Source: Cyanobacteria bacterium auto_48_18
Lineage (GTDB): Bacteria > Cyanobacteriota > Vampirovibrionia > Obscuribacterales > Obscuribacteraceae
Direction: 5' to 3'
Assembly (NCBI GenBank): GCA_036170915.1
Contig: JAVHQC010000035.1
Coordinates: 128,001-192,000 of the forward strand
Length of the DNA: 64,000 bases
Below the pieces are notes generated by a model, which had not been told where the DNA came from, ran no database searches, and saw only the letters and a list, made by a program, of their open reading frames with translations. The first letter of the stretch is position 1. Every line of letters begins with the position of its first letter. The translations under genes and the position numbers were made by a program. This document shows positions 18,407 to 28,269 of this stretch, piece by piece.

Positions 18407-19516
18407 CTATTTGCTGAACAGATAATGGGAAACCATCCACTCTTGGCCCTGGCGGAAAGACCACAGCTCAGCACAGGCCATAAAGAATAGCCGCCAGAAC
18501 GCCCACCAGCGCAATGCCTGGTCTTTGCCGTAGGTGTTTGCCAGAACAGGCAAAATCGCTTTTTTATTGCGGTCCATATTTGCCAGCCAGTGATTAGCGG
18601 TCTGACCATAGTGTTCACCGCTCACAGTCCAGTGCTTTTCAATTTTCAGATCGTTCTGAAAATAAAGCAGCAGATCGTTTGAAGGCATAATTCCGCCGGC
18701 AAAGAAGTTACGAGTCATCCAGTCGGTGCCGTCTTTATCTTCATAGTGATAGCAGAGATCTTTGTGAGTGAAAATGTGCACGAACAATTTGCCTTCAGTG
18801 CTAAGGCAGCCAGCAATGCGGGAAAGCAACAAATCATAGTTTTTCATATGTTCAAACATTTCGACTGATACCACTCTATCGAATGGTTCACCAAGCTGAA
18901 AATCAAAATCATTCATATCACAAGTAATTACTGTGACATTCGTTAAACCCAGCTGTCGGCAACGTTCTTCAATATAAAGCCTCTGACTACTTGAATTGGA
19001 AACTGCAGTAATCTTACTTTTAGGAAAGCGCTCGGCAAGATAAAGTGTAAGCGAACCCCAACCACAACCAAGCTCGAGAATTCTCTGACCATCACTAAGA
19101 TCGGCACGGGCAGCAGTAAGAGCAAGCATAGCCTCTTCTGCCTGATCAAGTGTGTCATCACTGTTGACGTAGTAACAGGAGCTGTATTTCATGCGGCGGC
19201 CCAGGCAGAGTTTAAAAAATTCAGCCGGAACTTGATAGTGCTGTTCATTGGCTGAATCAGTCTTAATGGCCACAGGCATAAGCTTCAGCTCTTGCACCAT
19301 GGCAAGCAAATGTTCTTGGCGTAACTGATGAGTGGGTTTGGTTTCTTCTTTCAATTTTGTCAGCAGCAAGTTTCTAATGCCCGCTCGCACTAAAAAATCG
19401 GGCACCATATTAGTGGCTAAGATTTCGTAAATTAGTGCTTCCGAGCCTGGCTTGCTCAAGCTCTCAAAATCGATCTGAGTTTTAGTATTCTTTTCGTCGG
19501 TTTCAACAGCGGTCAT
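18407..19516 (-). CDS. SAM-dependent methyltransferase, CFA-synthase / CNMT-like family
   Basis: ANEQHY, MKYSSCY, ILELGCGWGS, VSVEMFEHMKN, FVHIFTH. Confidence 0.88.
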   Translation of the reverse strand: MTAVETDEKNTKTQIDFESLSKPGSEALIYEILATNMVPDFLVRAGIRNLLLTKLKEETKPTHQLRQEHLLAMVQELKLMPVAIKTDSANEQHYQVPAEFFKLCLGRRMKYSSCYYVNSDDTLDQAEEAMLALTAARADLSDGQRILELGCGWGSLTLYLAERFPKSKITAVSNSSSQRLYIEERCRQLGLTNVTVITCDMNDFDFQLGEPFDRVVSVEMFEHMKNYDLLLSRIAGCLSTEGKLFVHIFTHKDLCYHYEDKDGTDWMTRNFFAGGIMPSNDLLLYFQNDLKIEKHWTVSGEHYGQTANHWLANMDRNKKAILPVLANTYGKDQALRWWAFWRLFFMACAELWSFRQGQEWMVSHYLFSK

Positions 19517-20331
19517 GATGCACTCCTCTTCTTAAACCAGGGAATGAACGGGCTGGTACTTCGCTGGTATGCGGCATAGACTTCTCCTTTGCTACGCAAT
19601 GCTTGCTCTTCTGTGGCTTTGACCCCGGTCACTTTTACAAGAAACCAGAGCATCAAGAGCGGGCAATAGAATGTGCACCAGCCGTAAGGAACAGCCAGTG
19701 AAAAGACAAAAAACGCCACCCAGACAAGCCACTCAAAAAAATAATTGGGATGTCTGGAATAGTTCCACAATCCAACCTGGCAAACTTTACCGCGATTTGA
19801 TGGGTCTTTTTTAAATGTTTCAAGCTCATGATCTGCAAGGCTTTCACCCACTAAGGCAATAAGAAAAATCACCATGCCGATAATCTCGCAAGCAGCAAAT
19901 CTTGGCACAGCATTGACCATGGCCAGGGCAAATGGCAAAGTTAAAGACGCCAGCAAGACCGCCTGCATTTCGAAAGCAAGAAACAGCCCTAAAGCAGCAT
20001 TCTTGCCCCATGCCTGACGATATGCGCTGTAGCGTCCATCTTCAGCCGGCCACAATCGCTTGAAACGAATGGCCAGAAAGAAACCCAATCGCAGGCTCCA
20101 GCACGCCACCATCAGTAGTACTATAGCATTGCGCGGCATCCAGCCCCAGCCATGCATATAAGCCAGAGTAAAATCAATCGAGGCAAGAACTACAAAGCCG
20201 AAACCCCAGACCACATCAACAATACCCGCATTGTTGATCTTCTCGCTCACCAGCCAAACCAGAAACATCAGTACAATCATGGTGGCAAAGCTTACTAGCA
20301 TTAATGTAATTATTGACGAAAGTTCTGCCAC
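19513..20331 (-). CDS. DUF1295 membrane protein (steroid 5-alpha-reductase / ICMT superfamily)
   Basis: NAGIVDVVWG, EDGRY, GESLADHEL, GLWNYSRHPNYFFE, YQRSTSPFIPW. Confidence 0.88.
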   Translation of the reverse strand: MAELSSIITLMLVSFATMIVLMFLVWLVSEKINNAGIVDVVWGFGFVVLASIDFTLAYMHGWGWMPRNAIVLLMVACWSLRLGFFLAIRFKRLWPAEDGRYSAYRQAWGKNAALGLFLAFEMQAVLLASLTLPFALAMVNAVPRFAACEIIGMVIFLIALVGESLADHELETFKKDPSNRGKVCQVGLWNYSRHPNYFFEWLVWVAFFVFSLAVPYGWCTFYCPLLMLWFLVKVTGVKATEEQALRSKGEVYAAYQRSTSPFIPWFKKRSAS

Positions 20332-20347
20332 TGTTTTTCAACCTGCC

Positions 20348-21391
20348 TTATAACTGTTCTGTTTCTGCACTGGCGCGCTGCAGTCGATCTCGCACACCAT
20401 CCCAAGATTCGTCGGTTGAAACAGTTTCTACAAAAATACGATCGAGCTTCAAGGCATCGAAGTGTCGCAACTGTTCATAAAGCAACCGAGCGTACTGGTC
20501 TACCTCCGGTGGAGCAATTACCAGCGCGTCATATCCACGCCCGCTCATACTTTCCTTGAGCTGCTCAATTGTGGCTGCAGACGCTATCACTCCCACGCCC
20601 TGATCTAAAGCATTGAGTTCAAGGGCCAACTCTATTAAGCTTCTGCCGTCAGTCACTGTCAATTTTGTCTGCGGAGCGTAATGGCTAGGCAAAGAACCGG
20701 GCACACGCAGCTCTGCTTGCCCAGTATTATTCGAAGCCAATTTATACCCGAGTACAGCTTCTAAAGCCTGACTGGAGATCATTCCGGGGCGCAAAATTTT
20801 GGCTTCAGTGGTAAGGGCGATGATCGTCGATTCAATACCAACTTCACAGGCACCACCATCTAAAACCATGGCCAGAGGTGAATCTCCTTCTAAATGAAAT
20901 TCAGAACGCACCGCTTCAGCCGTTGTGGGCGAAAGTCGGCCAAAGCGATTGGCGGAAGGGGCAGCCAGGCCACCAGTTTTAGCCAACAACTTCAGAGCAA
21001 CCGGGTGCGCCGGCAAGCGCAAACCGATTGAATCTTGACCACCAGTGACCTGCGAAAGTACATGATCAGCTTTGGGTAAAATCATGGTCATGGGCCCAGG
21101 CCAGAATTTTTCGGCCAATTTGTAAGCGTCAGCTGAGATATTTTTTGCCCATTTCTCTAACTCACTGATGGCGGCAATATGCACAATCACCGGATGCGAT
21201 GCAGGACGCCCTTTCAACTCATATAAAGACGCAAGCGCTCTTTCATTGCTTGCATCAGCACCAAGGCCATAAACTGTTTCAGTAGGAAATGCCACCAGTT
21301 TACCGGCCTTAAGAAAAGCAGCGGCGCGTTCAAGTTCAAGTTCAAGTTCAAGTTCAAGTTCAAGTGCGTGATCAGAGGCAGTCATTTTCAT
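20348..21391 (-). CDS. sua5: L-threonylcarbamoyladenylate synthase (Sua5 type, with C-terminal Sua5 domain)
   Basis: VAFPTETVYGLGA, KGRP, FWPGP, APSANRFG, GIESTI, PGSLPSHYAP. Confidence 0.93.
   Translation of the reverse strand: MKMTASDHALELELELELELERAAAFLKAGKLVAFPTETVYGLGADASNERALASLYELKGRPASHPVIVHIAAISELEKWAKNISADAYKLAEKFWPGPMTMILPKADHVLSQVTGGQDSIGLRLPAHPVALKLLAKTGGLAAPSANRFGRLSPTTAEAVRSEFHLEGDSPLAMVLDGGACEVGIESTIIALTTEAKILRPGMISSQALEAVLGYKLASNNTGQAELRVPGSLPSHYAPQTKLTVTDGRSLIELALELNALDQGVGVIASAATIEQLKESMSGRGYDALVIAPPEVDQYARLLYEQLRHFDALKLDRIFVETVSTDESWDGVRDRLQRASAETEQL
21329..21364 (-). repeat. Perfect hexanucleotide microsatellite (ttcaag)x6 encoding an LE run
   Basis: Six exact ttcaag units in the 5' part of sua5. 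Confidence 0.9.
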
Positions 21392-21404
21392 TATCCGTGA
21401 GATT

Positions 21405-22742
21405 TTAGACCAATCTCTTAAGAAGCTCCCCGTGGCTTAAATTAAGATTGTTGGGCCTAGTATAAACTGCTTGCACAGCGGTGATATTGCGCATGGCAAA
21501 AGCCGAAAAGCAATAAGACAAATAATATTGCCATTTGCGCACAAAAATCTGGTCGAAACCGAGCGCGTGCACTTGCTCTAGACGAGACTCAAACTCCGTT
21601 TGCCAAATCTCCAGCGTTTTCGCGTAGTAGTTGCCGATATCTTCAAGATCATGCAGGAACAAGTCGCTCTTACAGCGCTCCAGCGCCTGACTGACACGCC
21701 GATGACTGAGCAACTGAGAGCCTGGAAATATATGTTTCTGAATAAAATCAGTATTCTGACGCAATAAATCGTAGCGAGAATCAGGACACGTAATCATCTG
21801 CAAAGCAAGCAAGCCATCTTTTTTTAGAAGCGAATTACACTGCTTGAAAAATACATCAAGATACTCATCACCTACTGCTTCGATCATTTCAATGGAAACA
21901 ATTTTGTCAAATTGACCATCAATTTGCCGGTAGTCTTGCAAACGCAAATCAACTTTACGTTCTAAGCCACAAGCAGCTAATCGTTTTTGAGCATAATCAA
22001 ACTGTTCCTGTGAAATAGTAACGGCGGTTATGGAACAGCCATAATTTCTGGCCGCATACTCGGCAAAGCCTCCCCATCCGCAACCGATTTCAAGCACACT
22101 ATCTGTTGCTTTAATTTTGAGCTTGCTGCAAAGACTTTCATATTTCGCCTCTTGTGCCGCAGCCAAATCAGAATTCCAATTTTTAAAATAGGCGCTGGAA
22201 TAAGTCATTGATTGATCAAGAAATAGCTTAAACAAATCATTACTCAAATCATAGTGGTACGAGATATTGCGGCGGCTATTGCTCTCATGATTTCTGCGCC
22301 CGTAATGCAAAATTTGATTGACCGCACCAAGCAAATTAAAAGAACGCCAGCTGTTGTTGCCTTCAAGAATCTGGCAATTGTTGACATTCAGCAGGGCCCA
22401 GGCAATCACACCGGCCACATCACTACTCGACCAATCGCCATCCATGAATGACTCAGACAACCCTACGTGACCAAAAACTACAAGGCGACTAAAGAACTTT
22501 TCGTTCACAACTTTGATGTCAGCCTTGATCAGTACAGCCGAAGTATCACTGCGCTGGGCACCAAAATAAAGTACCTCTCCCTCGGGCAAAGTTAAAGTGA
22601 GCTGCCCAGACTTCATGGCAGCCAGTGCAGAAATCACGATTTTGCGACACATGCGTTGCCAGACTGTGAGCCCATGGCGCCCTGACGGCGCCACAGATGA
22701 GTTCTGCGAAGCTGCTTTAAACTCTACTTTCGACTTCGGCAT
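21405..22742 (-). CDS. CFA-synthase-family fatty acyl methyltransferase (UfaM-like)
   Basis: NISYHYDLSN, SMTYSSA, LEIGCGWGG, SIEMIEAVG, FIQKHIFPG. Confidence 0.9.
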   Translation of the reverse strand: MPKSKVEFKAASQNSSVAPSGRHGLTVWQRMCRKIVISALAAMKSGQLTLTLPEGEVLYFGAQRSDTSAVLIKADIKVVNEKFFSRLVVFGHVGLSESFMDGDWSSSDVAGVIAWALLNVNNCQILEGNNSWRSFNLLGAVNQILHYGRRNHESNSRRNISYHYDLSNDLFKLFLDQSMTYSSAYFKNWNSDLAAAQEAKYESLCSKLKIKATDSVLEIGCGWGGFAEYAARNYGCSITAVTISQEQFDYAQKRLAACGLERKVDLRLQDYRQIDGQFDKIVSIEMIEAVGDEYLDVFFKQCNSLLKKDGLLALQMITCPDSRYDLLRQNTDFIQKHIFPGSQLLSHRRVSQALERCKSDLFLHDLEDIGNYYAKTLEIWQTEFESRLEQVHALGFDQIFVRKWQYYLSYCFSAFAMRNITAVQAVYTRPNNLNLSHGELLKRLV

Positions 22743-23568
22743 GTTTGTGTTCCTTTTCACTGCGATTTAGCACATCAATTTGCATCTGGGGAGAATCTTG
22801 TTTAGCGAAGAATGGCACCTGCTTAAGCCAGAGCATCAGGGCATGCAGGTGGATAGCTGTAATAACCTTTAAAGTGAGCAAAGGATACTGCAAAAATAAA
22901 GACAGATCTAAATTGAAAATCGGTGCACTTTGGCCATGGACATTGGTCACTAGAAGCGTCTCACCACCCTCACTGAGGGTATTTACAGAAAGATTGATCT
23001 GATCTTGCGGTAAGGACAAAATAAAGTGAAAGTAGTCTGACACTCGAGAAAATGGTGAAACATAAAAGTGTTTAGCAGCCAGCAAATTGAAAACGTTCTC
23101 TGAACTCATTGAGTTACCGCTTAGCAAATACATTTTCATTTCGCCAAAAGTGTTGCCAACTTCGGCCACAGCAGCAAGCGGAGAGTGGTGCTTGTCAAAA
23201 ACAAAATAAAAAGAGACAGGGTTGAAAACATAACCCAAGATACGCGGATAAGTCAGCAAAAAGATGCTGCCGTCAAACTCGCTCACAGAGTCCGATAAAA
23301 TATGATGCTCACGCAGATAATGTAGCATTCTATCCTTTAGAGGTGCTGCATTATCTGCCAGTAAGTGATCAGAATCGTAGAAGCTAAAAAGGTTAAAACG
23401 ATTGCGGCTAAACAAAGGCAGGACCGCATCTAGACCATCGAGCTCATCAAGATTTAAATAGAGCATAAAGACTTTGTGCTTAAAGCCATAGCTGGCAGGC
23501 AACCGCCGTTGATGCATGATCTGGCAGCGATACACCTTGGAAGAAAAACTTTGGCCGCTTTTATTCAT
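22717..23568 (-). CDS. DUF1365 protein (UfaO-like)
   Basis: HQR, PRILGYVFNPVSFY, AEVGNTFGE, KHFYVSPF, IHLHALMLWLK. Confidence 0.9.
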   Translation of the reverse strand: MNKSGQSFSSKVYRCQIMHQRRLPASYGFKHKVFMLYLNLDELDGLDAVLPLFSRNRFNLFSFYDSDHLLADNAAPLKDRMLHYLREHHILSDSVSEFDGSIFLLTYPRILGYVFNPVSFYFVFDKHHSPLAAVAEVGNTFGEMKMYLLSGNSMSSENVFNLLAAKHFYVSPFSRVSDYFHFILSLPQDQINLSVNTLSEGGETLLVTNVHGQSAPIFNLDLSLFLQYPLLTLKVITAIHLHALMLWLKQVPFFAKQDSPQMQIDVLNRSEKEHKHAEVESRV

Positions 23569-24860
23569 AGAGCAGCGCCCACCGCACTTTTCTGCAAAAT
23601 CACTTTTGCCAGATCGATGGCTGAAGTCAATGCATCTTCATGAAAACCATAACGGAAATAGCTACCGCAATAATAAATCGACTGATCAGCTGAGACCATG
23701 TTCAGTGAAGACAAATGCTCTTGGGCAGCAGCTGTAGCTAAGTCAAAAAGCGGATGAGTATATTCGAGAGAGCGCACAATTTTGCTTGGGTCAATAAGAG
23801 ACCTACTATTGAGAGAGACGAAATAGTCTTTCTTAGCCAGGAGCCCCTGCAAGTTATTCATCCAATAATGAGTTGTGCTGGAAGGGCCGGGGGAGCTAAG
23901 AAACCTGGACTGATCACTTTCACCAACACGGTAATTCCACGAAGCCCAGGCTAGTTTTTCACGTGGCATTACCGAACTGTCAGTATGCACTGTGATCTCA
24001 TTATTCTGATATTTAAAAACAGAAAGAAGTTCGCGCTCCCGCTCGGTAGACTCCGCCAAAAGCGCCAGAGCTTGATCAGCATGGCAAGCCAGAATAGCCT
24101 TGTCGAAATCATAAGTGACCTCGGCAGAAGTTACCCGAGCACCATTAGAAGTACGCTCGACTTTTGTAGCAGCACCATGGATGGAAACATTTTTAAGACT
24201 GCGACGCAAAGCACTGACATAATTGCGAGCGCCACCATCTACGGTGTACCACTGAAAATGGGTATCAAGGCCAAGAAAACCATGATTATCAAAAAAACGA
24301 ATCAAAGTACTCATGGGGAAATTTAGCATTTTATCTGGCGGCGTAGACCAGACTGCACCTCCCATAGGTATGAGATACCAGTTCAAAAAATCAACGCCAA
24401 GTTTGAAATGAGCCACATAATCTCGCACAGACATATCGCTCACATTAGACAACGAAAGGCTTGCCACTGCGTTCTTGTTGAACCAGTCGAGCTTAAGTAA
24501 CATGTGCCAAAATCGAAAGTTGAGCAAATTTTTGCGTTGAGCAAAAACGCGGTTCAGGCCAGCACCATTCCACTCTATGCCCTGAGGCAAATATTGCACT
24601 GAAAATGACATGTCGGTAGCTTTGACAGGCACGTTCAATTCAGCCAGCAAAGCTGTCAAATTAGGATAAGTACGCTGGTTATAAACCATAAAGCCAGTGT
24701 CAAAAGAAACGCAGTCTGATTCGCTTTGCACATCGATGGTGTTAGTGTGGCCACCAAGGTAATCGTTGCTTTCGAAAATTGTCAGCTCATAGTGCTCTTT
24801 GAGCTTGTATGCACAGCCAAGACCAGCGATTCCAGCACCGATAATGGCAAGCTTTTTCAT
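23565..24860 (-). CDS. FAD-dependent oxidoreductase, amine-oxidase-like (UfaD-like)
   Basis: IIGAGIAGL, LGGHTNT, DTGFMVYN..TYPNL, AWASWNY, YWMNNLQ, GFHEDAL. Confidence 0.9.
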   Translation of the reverse strand: MKKLAIIGAGIAGLGCAYKLKEHYELTIFESNDYLGGHTNTIDVQSESDCVSFDTGFMVYNQRTYPNLTALLAELNVPVKATDMSFSVQYLPQGIEWNGAGLNRVFAQRKNLLNFRFWHMLLKLDWFNKNAVASLSLSNVSDMSVRDYVAHFKLGVDFLNWYLIPMGGAVWSTPPDKMLNFPMSTLIRFFDNHGFLGLDTHFQWYTVDGGARNYVSALRRSLKNVSIHGAATKVERTSNGARVTSAEVTYDFDKAILACHADQALALLAESTERERELLSVFKYQNNEITVHTDSSVMPREKLAWASWNYRVGESDQSRFLSSPGPSSTTHYWMNNLQGLLAKKDYFVSLNSRSLIDPSKIVRSLEYTHPLFDLATAAAQEHLSSLNMVSADQSIYYCGSYFRYGFHEDALTSAIDLAKVILQKSAVGAAL

Positions 24861-25843
24861 GGCCCTGCACCACTCTCAATTTTCAATGCACTGCCGTAGG
24901 CTTCCACGGGCACAGGACGTAAATCCCAGACAATACCAATTTTTTCCATCACTCTCAAAATATAATAGGTGACGTCAATTTCCCACCAGTAAAAGCCCTG
25001 ACGGACCGCCCCGGGAAAGCGATGATGATTGTTGTGCCAGCCTTCTCCTAAAGTAATCAGGGCCAGGAAGAAATTATTTTTACTGTGATCGTCAGTATGA
25101 TAGCGCTCGCTGCCAAACATATGGGTAAGAGAATTGATGGTGGCAGTGCCATGAAAAAGCAAAACCGTGCTGACGAAAAATCCCCACACAAGTAACTGTA
25201 GCGCGCTGGTTTGCAACTGTGGAAAATACTGCTCTAAAACAAAACCAGTAAGCAATAAGCTTATACCGAGCATTGTGGGCACAATCCAGTCAAAACGATT
25301 GAGCAACACCAGTTCTGGAAACTTAGTCAGATCGGAAATACTCTCATAATCGGTGGGCATATTAGCATCAGCTGTGATCCAGGCAATATGAGACCAGATA
25401 AATCCGCTGATGGTAGGTGAATGCAAATCACCAACTTTGTCTGAAAGGCGGTGATGATTGCGGTGATGGGCAGCCCACCAGAGCGGCCCCCGCTGGGCAG
25501 ACGAACTGGCCATAATCGCGAAGACAAATTGAGCAACACGACTGGTCTTATAGGTGCGATGAGCAAAATAGCGATGATAAAATGCCGTTACCGCGAACAT
25601 TCTCACCCAGTAGAGTGTCACCGTGACCAACAGGGCAAGCGGCGAGAAGCCTACCACTAGAATCCCAAGAGCACCAAGGTGGAGAAACACGAAAGGCAAC
25701 CATCTGCTGGCTCGCGATACTTTCGGCAGGGCTCTAACCTGCTCGGCCCCTGCTGGGAAGTAATCTGAGTCTAACCAGCGCCAGATTCCGGTCAGGTTTG
25801 GCTTCTGTGGGTTTAATTCGCGCGAGAACAATTTTTCCACCAT
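24857..25843 (-). CDS. Membrane acyl-CoA/acyl-lipid desaturase (delta-9-like)
   Basis: His boxes HRYFAH, HRNHH and HNNHH (GEGWHNNHH). Start chosen at MVEKLF. Confidence 0.9.
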   Translation of the reverse strand: MVEKLFSRELNPQKPNLTGIWRWLDSDYFPAGAEQVRALPKVSRASRWLPFVFLHLGALGILVVGFSPLALLVTVTLYWVRMFAVTAFYHRYFAHRTYKTSRVAQFVFAIMASSSAQRGPLWWAAHHRNHHRLSDKVGDLHSPTISGFIWSHIAWITADANMPTDYESISDLTKFPELVLLNRFDWIVPTMLGISLLLTGFVLEQYFPQLQTSALQLLVWGFFVSTVLLFHGTATINSLTHMFGSERYHTDDHSKNNFFLALITLGEGWHNNHHRFPGAVRQGFYWWEIDVTYYILRVMEKIGIVWDLRPVPVEAYGSALKIESGAGP

Positions 25844-25884
25844 TTGGTCAGCATGGCAGCATAGCAGCGTTTTTCCCCATAAAT

Positions 25885-27039
25885 CTAGATTACATATTCT
25901 TGATGACAAACGCTTATGCCGTGCAACAAAACGTCATCACCAATGAGGTCGGCCGCCAGTATTCTCCAATTGACTGTATTCTCGATTAGTCGTTTTTGCT
26001 TAGAAGAAACAACCCTTGAGGCTTCTTCATCAACCAGCATTTTTGGCGCCACGATCCAGTAAAGCTCATCCACAAACCCGTGATTGATTAGTGAGCCGGC
26101 GAGCTTACCGCCACCTTCACAAAGAATTTTCTGAGCCCCCTGATTAAGCAAATATTCTAAGCAAAAAGGCAAATCGATCAGCCCGTCGGCGTCTTGTGGT
26201 GACGCCACCAGTTTGCAATTTTTGGGGTACAGGGTTTGTTTGGTTAGTTCACCGCTCAGAGTAAAAATAATCACATCACCCTGAGGGGAAAAAATCTTTG
26301 CCGAAGGATTGATTTGGCATTTAGCGTCAATTACTGCTCGCAGAGGATTTCGGCATGGCCGAGAGGCATTACTTATCTCGCGAACATCCAGGGCCGGATC
26401 ATCAAGGCGAGCAGTGTTGGCACCAACAAGCACACAGTCAAAGCTGTCACGCAAATTCATGACAAAATTTCTCGCGGCTACACCGCTAACATAGCGACTG
26501 CGGCCTTCGCGATCGGCAATGCTACCGTCTAGTGTCATTGCCATCTTCAAAGCCACCCAGGGCATTTTCTCTTTCTGTGCCTTAAAAAATCCGCGATTAA
26601 GATAAAGCGATTGCGCAGCCAGAACGCCGCAGATCACATCAATGCCGGCGGCCTTAAGCTCGGCAATACCGCCACCTGCCACTTTGATATTAGAATCTTC
26701 CGTGCCGATTACTACTCGGGCAACACCACTTTCAATCACCCTTTTTGAACACGGTGGAGTACGGCCCGTGTGGCAACAGGGCTCCAGATTAACGTAAAGC
26801 GTTCCGCCCAGGCTTGCACTGCCGGCTTGATTCAAGGCATTGACTTCGGCATGTGGCTGACCAGCCTTACGATGATAACCTTCACCAACCACAGCACCAT
26901 CTTTGTTTAAAACCACAGCACCGACCACAGGGTTTGGGCTGGTGCGTCCTTCGGCTTGCCGAGCCAATTCCAGGCAGCGGCGCATGTAACGCTGGTCGAG
27001 CGAGTCTGCTTCTACAGGTAAATTCGACGAGCTATCCAA
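25885..27039 (-). CDS. ribD: Bifunctional riboflavin deaminase/reductase
   Basis: TSPNPVVG, HAE, LEPCCH..PPC, LKMAMTLDG, CEGGG. Start uncertain (TTG overlapping the pfk stop). Confidence 0.93.
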   Translation of the reverse strand: MDSSSNLPVEADSLDQRYMRRCLELARQAEGRTSPNPVVGAVVLNKDGAVVGEGYHRKAGQPHAEVNALNQAGSASLGGTLYVNLEPCCHTGRTPPCSKRVIESGVARVVIGTEDSNIKVAGGGIAELKAAGIDVICGVLAAQSLYLNRGFFKAQKEKMPWVALKMAMTLDGSIADREGRSRYVSGVAARNFVMNLRDSFDCVLVGANTARLDDPALDVREISNASRPCRNPLRAVIDAKCQINPSAKIFSPQGDVIIFTLSGELTKQTLYPKNCKLVASPQDADGLIDLPFCLEYLLNQGAQKILCEGGGKLAGSLINHGFVDELYWIVAPKMLVDEEASRVVSSKQKRLIENTVNWRILAADLIGDDVLLHGISVCHQEYVI

Positions 27040-28078
27040 AAAACACTTCAGCGACACCATAAAGCTCCATATCTAGAGTCTTTAAGGTGCCTGTCGCCTC
27101 CTCAATGGCAACATCAGTTAATTTGCTGCCCGCTAGTGAGACCATTCGTCCATACTTTTTCTCATTAACCAGCTGGGCAGCCTTGACGCCAAAGCGTGTA
27201 GCCAGAACACGATCAAAGGCTGTGGGAGAGCCGCCCCTTTGAATATGCCCAAGAATCGTGGCGCGAGTTTCAAAACCGGTTTGACTCTCAATGAGTTTGG
27301 CCAGTCGATCGCCAATACCTCCTAGGCGCTTATGCCCGAATGCATCGACTTGCTCTGCGGCTTCACCGGCTTCTACGCCGTCTCCCTCGCCATCAGAAAA
27401 CTTTGCCCCTTCGGCTACTACTACAATGGAATAGTCGCGACCCCGGGAGTGCCTTGTTTTAATCGCCTGCACCACTTTTTGTGCTTCGATTGGTTTTTCT
27501 GGAACAAGAATAAAATCTGCACCGCCAGCGATACCACCATAGCAAGCCAGCCAACCTGCGTCACGTCCCATCACCTCGCACACATGCACACGGTTATGGG
27601 CTTCAGCAGTAGTGTGCAAGCGGTCCAGCGCTTCAGCGACAATATTAACTGCAGTATCAAAGCCAAAAGTAAAATCGGTAGCGTTCAAATCGTTGTCGAT
27701 GGTTTTTGGCACACAAACTACATTGAGATTATGTTCCTTGTAGAGTCTGTTGGCCACGCCGCATGTATCATCGCCGCCCACCGCAATCAAAGCGTCAAGC
27801 CTGTTCTTCTGCATATTGTCCAAAATTCTTTCCGGACCACGGTCGACTTTAAAGGGGTTAGTGCGCGATGTGCGCAAAATCGTTCCACCCCTGTGAATCA
27901 AGCCGCCTGTAGACTGCATGGTCAAAGGCATGACCATATTCTCGAGAGGGCCGCGCCATCCTTCAAGAAAACCGATTACTTCAGAACTATATTCTTTGAC
28001 GCTAGTGCGAACCACCGCACGAATTACAGCGTTAAGACCAGGGCAATCGCCGCCGCCTGTGAGAATTCCAATGCGCAT
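27032..28078 (-). CDS. pfkA: 6-phosphofructokinase (group III, ATP or PPi dependent)
   Basis: TGGGDCPGLN, GGDDT, PKTIDND, EVMGR, LGHIQRGG. Confidence 0.93.
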   Translation of the reverse strand: MRIGILTGGGDCPGLNAVIRAVVRTSVKEYSSEVIGFLEGWRGPLENMVMPLTMQSTGGLIHRGGTILRTSRTNPFKVDRGPERILDNMQKNRLDALIAVGGDDTCGVANRLYKEHNLNVVCVPKTIDNDLNATDFTFGFDTAVNIVAEALDRLHTTAEAHNRVHVCEVMGRDAGWLACYGGIAGGADFILVPEKPIEAQKVVQAIKTRHSRGRDYSIVVVAEGAKFSDGEGDGVEAGEAAEQVDAFGHKRLGGIGDRLAKLIESQTGFETRATILGHIQRGGSPTAFDRVLATRFGVKAAQLVNEKKYGRMVSLAGSKLTDVAIEEATGTLKTLDMELYGVAEVFFG

Positions 28079-28241
28079 TTTGCCACCTTTGTCGCAGCCA
28101 ACTTAACCGCCCCACATGCCAAGCAGACACAGTGGGCGCCGGGCAATCAGTATACTGACCGGACAAAATCTTTTCGTGCGGGCCGCCGAACACTTAAGAA
28201 TCATAAAGTTCCAGGGCTTTTTGGCTGACTTGGCTTACATT

Positions 28242-28247
28242 TATAAT
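28242..28247 (+). promoter_or_regulatory. Candidate -10 element for sucCD
   Basis: TATAAT 22 nt before the start codon, upstream of a GAGG RBS. Confidence 0.4.
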
Positions 28248-28269
28248 TCACCAAAAGAGGACTAGCACC

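Noticed and set aside
18289..18618. 110-aa N-terminal extension of the heme oxygenase
   Set aside because: Overlaps the upstream methyltransferase; a GGAG RBS supports the ATG at 18288.
27332..28228. 298-aa plus-strand ORF
   Set aside because: Antisense shadow of the well-supported pfk gene, with no protein motifs.
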